Assembly: GCA_032718475.1 (NCBI GenBank)
Contig: JAUCBJ010007851.1
Location: 1 to 50,141, forward strand
DNA from: Nemertoderma westbladi
Taxonomy: Eukaryota; Animalia; Xenacoelomorpha
Reading direction: 5' to 3'
DNA: 50,141 bases
Made by a program: the position numbers and the translations under genes. The notes under the pieces were generated by a model. That model had not been told where the DNA came from. It saw only the letters and a list, made by a program, of their open reading frames with translations, and made no database searches. Positions 47,703 through 50,141 of the stretch are shown in pieces; position 1 is the stretch's first letter; every line of letters begins with the position of its first letter.

Positions 47703-50141
47703 GGTACCTGTAATCGTACTCGGTACCTGTATTAGTCGACGTACTCGGTACCTGTAGTAGTCGTACGTACTCGGTACCTGTATTAGTCGACGTACTCGGT
47801 ACCTGTATTAGTCGTACGTACTCGGTACCTGTATTAGTCGACGTACTCGGTACCTGTATTAGTCGGCGTACTCGGTACCTGTATTAGTCGACGTACTCGG
47901 TACCTGTATTAGTCGACGTACTCGGTACCTGTATTAGTCGACGTACTCGGTACCTGTATTAGTCGACGTACTCGGTACCTGTATTAGTCGGCGTACTCGG
48001 TACCTGTATTAGTCGACGTACTCGGTACCTGTATTAGTCGTACGTACTCGGTACCTGTATTAGTCGTACGTACTCGGTACCTGTATTAGTCGTACGTACT
48101 CGGTACCTGTATTAGTCGTCGTACTTGGTACCTGTATTAGTCGACGTACTCGGTACCTGTATTAGTCGACGTACTCGGTACCTGTATTAGTCGTACGTAC
48201 TCGGTACCTGTATTAGTCGTACGTACTCGGTACCTGTATTAGTCGACGTACTCGGTACCTGTATTAGTCGTCGTACTCGGTACCTGTATTAGTCGACGTA
48301 CTCGGTACCTGTATTAGTCGTACGTACTCGGTACCTGTATTAGTCGTACGTACTCGGTACCTGTATTAGTCGTACGTACTCGGTACCTGTATTAGTCGTA
48401 CGTACTCGGTACCTGTATTAGTCGACGTACTCGGTACCTGTATTAGTCGTACGTACTCGGTACCTGTATTAGTCGACGTACTCGGTACCTGTATTAGTCG
48501 ACGTACTCGGTACCTGTATTAGTCGACGTACTCGGTACCTGTATTAGTCGACGTACTCGGTACCTGTATTAGTCGTACGTACTCGGTACCTGTATTAGTC
48601 GTACGTACTCGGTACCTGTATTAGTCGTACGTACTCGGTACCTGTATTAGTCGTACGTACTCGGTACCTGTATTAGTCGTCGTACTTGGTACCTGTATTA
48701 GTCGTACGTACTCGGTACCTGTATTAGTCGACGTACTCGGTACCTGTATTAGTCGTACGTACTCGGTACCTGTATTAGTCGTACGTACTCGGTACCTGTA
48801 TTAGTCGTACGTACTCGGTACCTGTATTAGTCGACGTACTCGGTACCTGTATTAGTCGTACGTACTCGGTACCTGTATTAGTCGTCGTACTCGGTACCTG
48901 TATTAGTCGACGTACTCGGTACCTGTATTAGTCGACGTACTCGGTACCTGTATTAGTCGACGTACTCGGTACCTGTATTAGTCGTACGTACTCGGTACCT
49001 GTATTAGTCGTCGTACTCGGTACCTGTATTAGTCGACGTACTCGGTACCTGTATTAGTCGACGTACTCGGTACCTGTATTAGTCGACGTACTCGGTACCT
49101 GTATTAGTCGTACGTACTCGGTACCTGTATTAGTCGACGTACTCGGTACCTGTATTAGTCGTCGTACTCGGTACCTATATTAGTCGACGTACTCGGTACC
49201 TGTATTAGTCGTCGTACTTGGTACCTGTATTAGTCGACGTACTCGGTACCTGTATTAGTCGACGTACTCGGTACCTGTATTAGTCGACGTACTCGGTACC
49301 TGTATTAGTCGACGTACTCGGTACCTGTAGTAGTCGTACGTACTCGGTACCTGTATTAGTCGACGTACTCGGTACCTGTATTAGTCGACGTACTCGGTAC
49401 CTGTATTAGTCGGCATATTCGGTACCTATATTAGTCGACGTACTCGGTACCTGTATTAGTCGTCGTACTTGGTACCTGTATTAGTCGACGTACTCGGTAC
49501 CTGTATTAGTCGACGTACTCGGTACCTGTATTAGTCGACGTACTCGGTACCTGTATTAGTCGACGTACTCGGTACCTGTATTAGTCGACGTACTCGGTAC
49601 CTGTATTAGTCGACGTACTCGGTACCTGTAGTAGTCGTACGTACTCGGTACCTGTATTAGTCGACGTACTCGGTACCTGTATTAGTCGGCATATTCGGTA
49701 CCTGTATTAGTCGACGTACTCGGTACCTGTATTAGTCGACGTACTCGGTACCTGTATTAGTCGACGTACTCGGTACCTGTATTAGTCGTCGTACTCGGTA
49801 CCTGTATTAGTCGTACGTACTCGGTACCTGTATTAGTCGGCATATTCGGTACCTATATTAGTCGACGTACTCGGTACCTGTATTAGTCGTCGTACTTGGT
49901 ACCTGTATTAGTCGACGTACTCGGTACCTGTATTAGTCGACGTACTCGGTACCTGTATTAGTCGACGTACTCGGTACCTGTATTAGTCGACGTACTCGGT
50001 ACCTGTATTAGTCGACGTACTCGGTACCTGTATTAGTCGACGTACTCGGTACCTGTAGTAGTCGTACGTACTCGGTACCTGTATTAGTCGACGTACTCGG
50101 TACCTGTATTAGTCGGCATATTCGGTACCTGTATTAGTCGA
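47703..50141. repeat. 25/26-bp satellite array, ~96 copies, runs off the window end
   Basis: Unit CGTACTCGGTACCTGTATTAGTCG[A/TA/T/G]. Confidence 0.98.

Noticed and set aside
47703-50141. CRISPR or telomeric repeat interpretation of the 25-bp array
   Set aside because: No spacers and no G-rich strand bias of telomerase-type repeats; it behaves as a tandem satellite.

Overview
Eukaryotic (probably invertebrate animal) heterochromatin-like window with no recognisable host gene. 1-18.2 kb is a nest of retroelements: RTE tails and fragments, two L2/CR1-group 3' ends, a near-complete CRE-clade (RT + restriction-like endonuclease) non-LTR element, a 5'-truncated Gypsy element with PPT and 3' LTR, and a 3'-truncated BEL/Pao element with PBS and 5' LTR. 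18.9-42.35 kb is a very homogeneous 41-bp satellite (~570 copies) whose variation is almost confined to one triplet and which shows 16-, 90- and 131-monomer higher-order duplications. 42.4-47.7 kb holds degraded TE debris (LINE fragment, MITE-like foldbacks, an internally deleted RTE inside a possible THAP/P-like transposase relic). A second 25/26-bp satellite runs from 47.7 kb to the window end. The most notable items are (i) the CRE-type element, which appears to encode one polyprotein Ulp1(C48) protease - PDPP repeat linker - PHD - Zn finger - RT - Zn knuckle - RLE, broken by a single-base frameshift, and (ii) two satellites that both vary mainly at the same GTCGAC-type site. All calls are by-eye motif recognition; no database searches were run.
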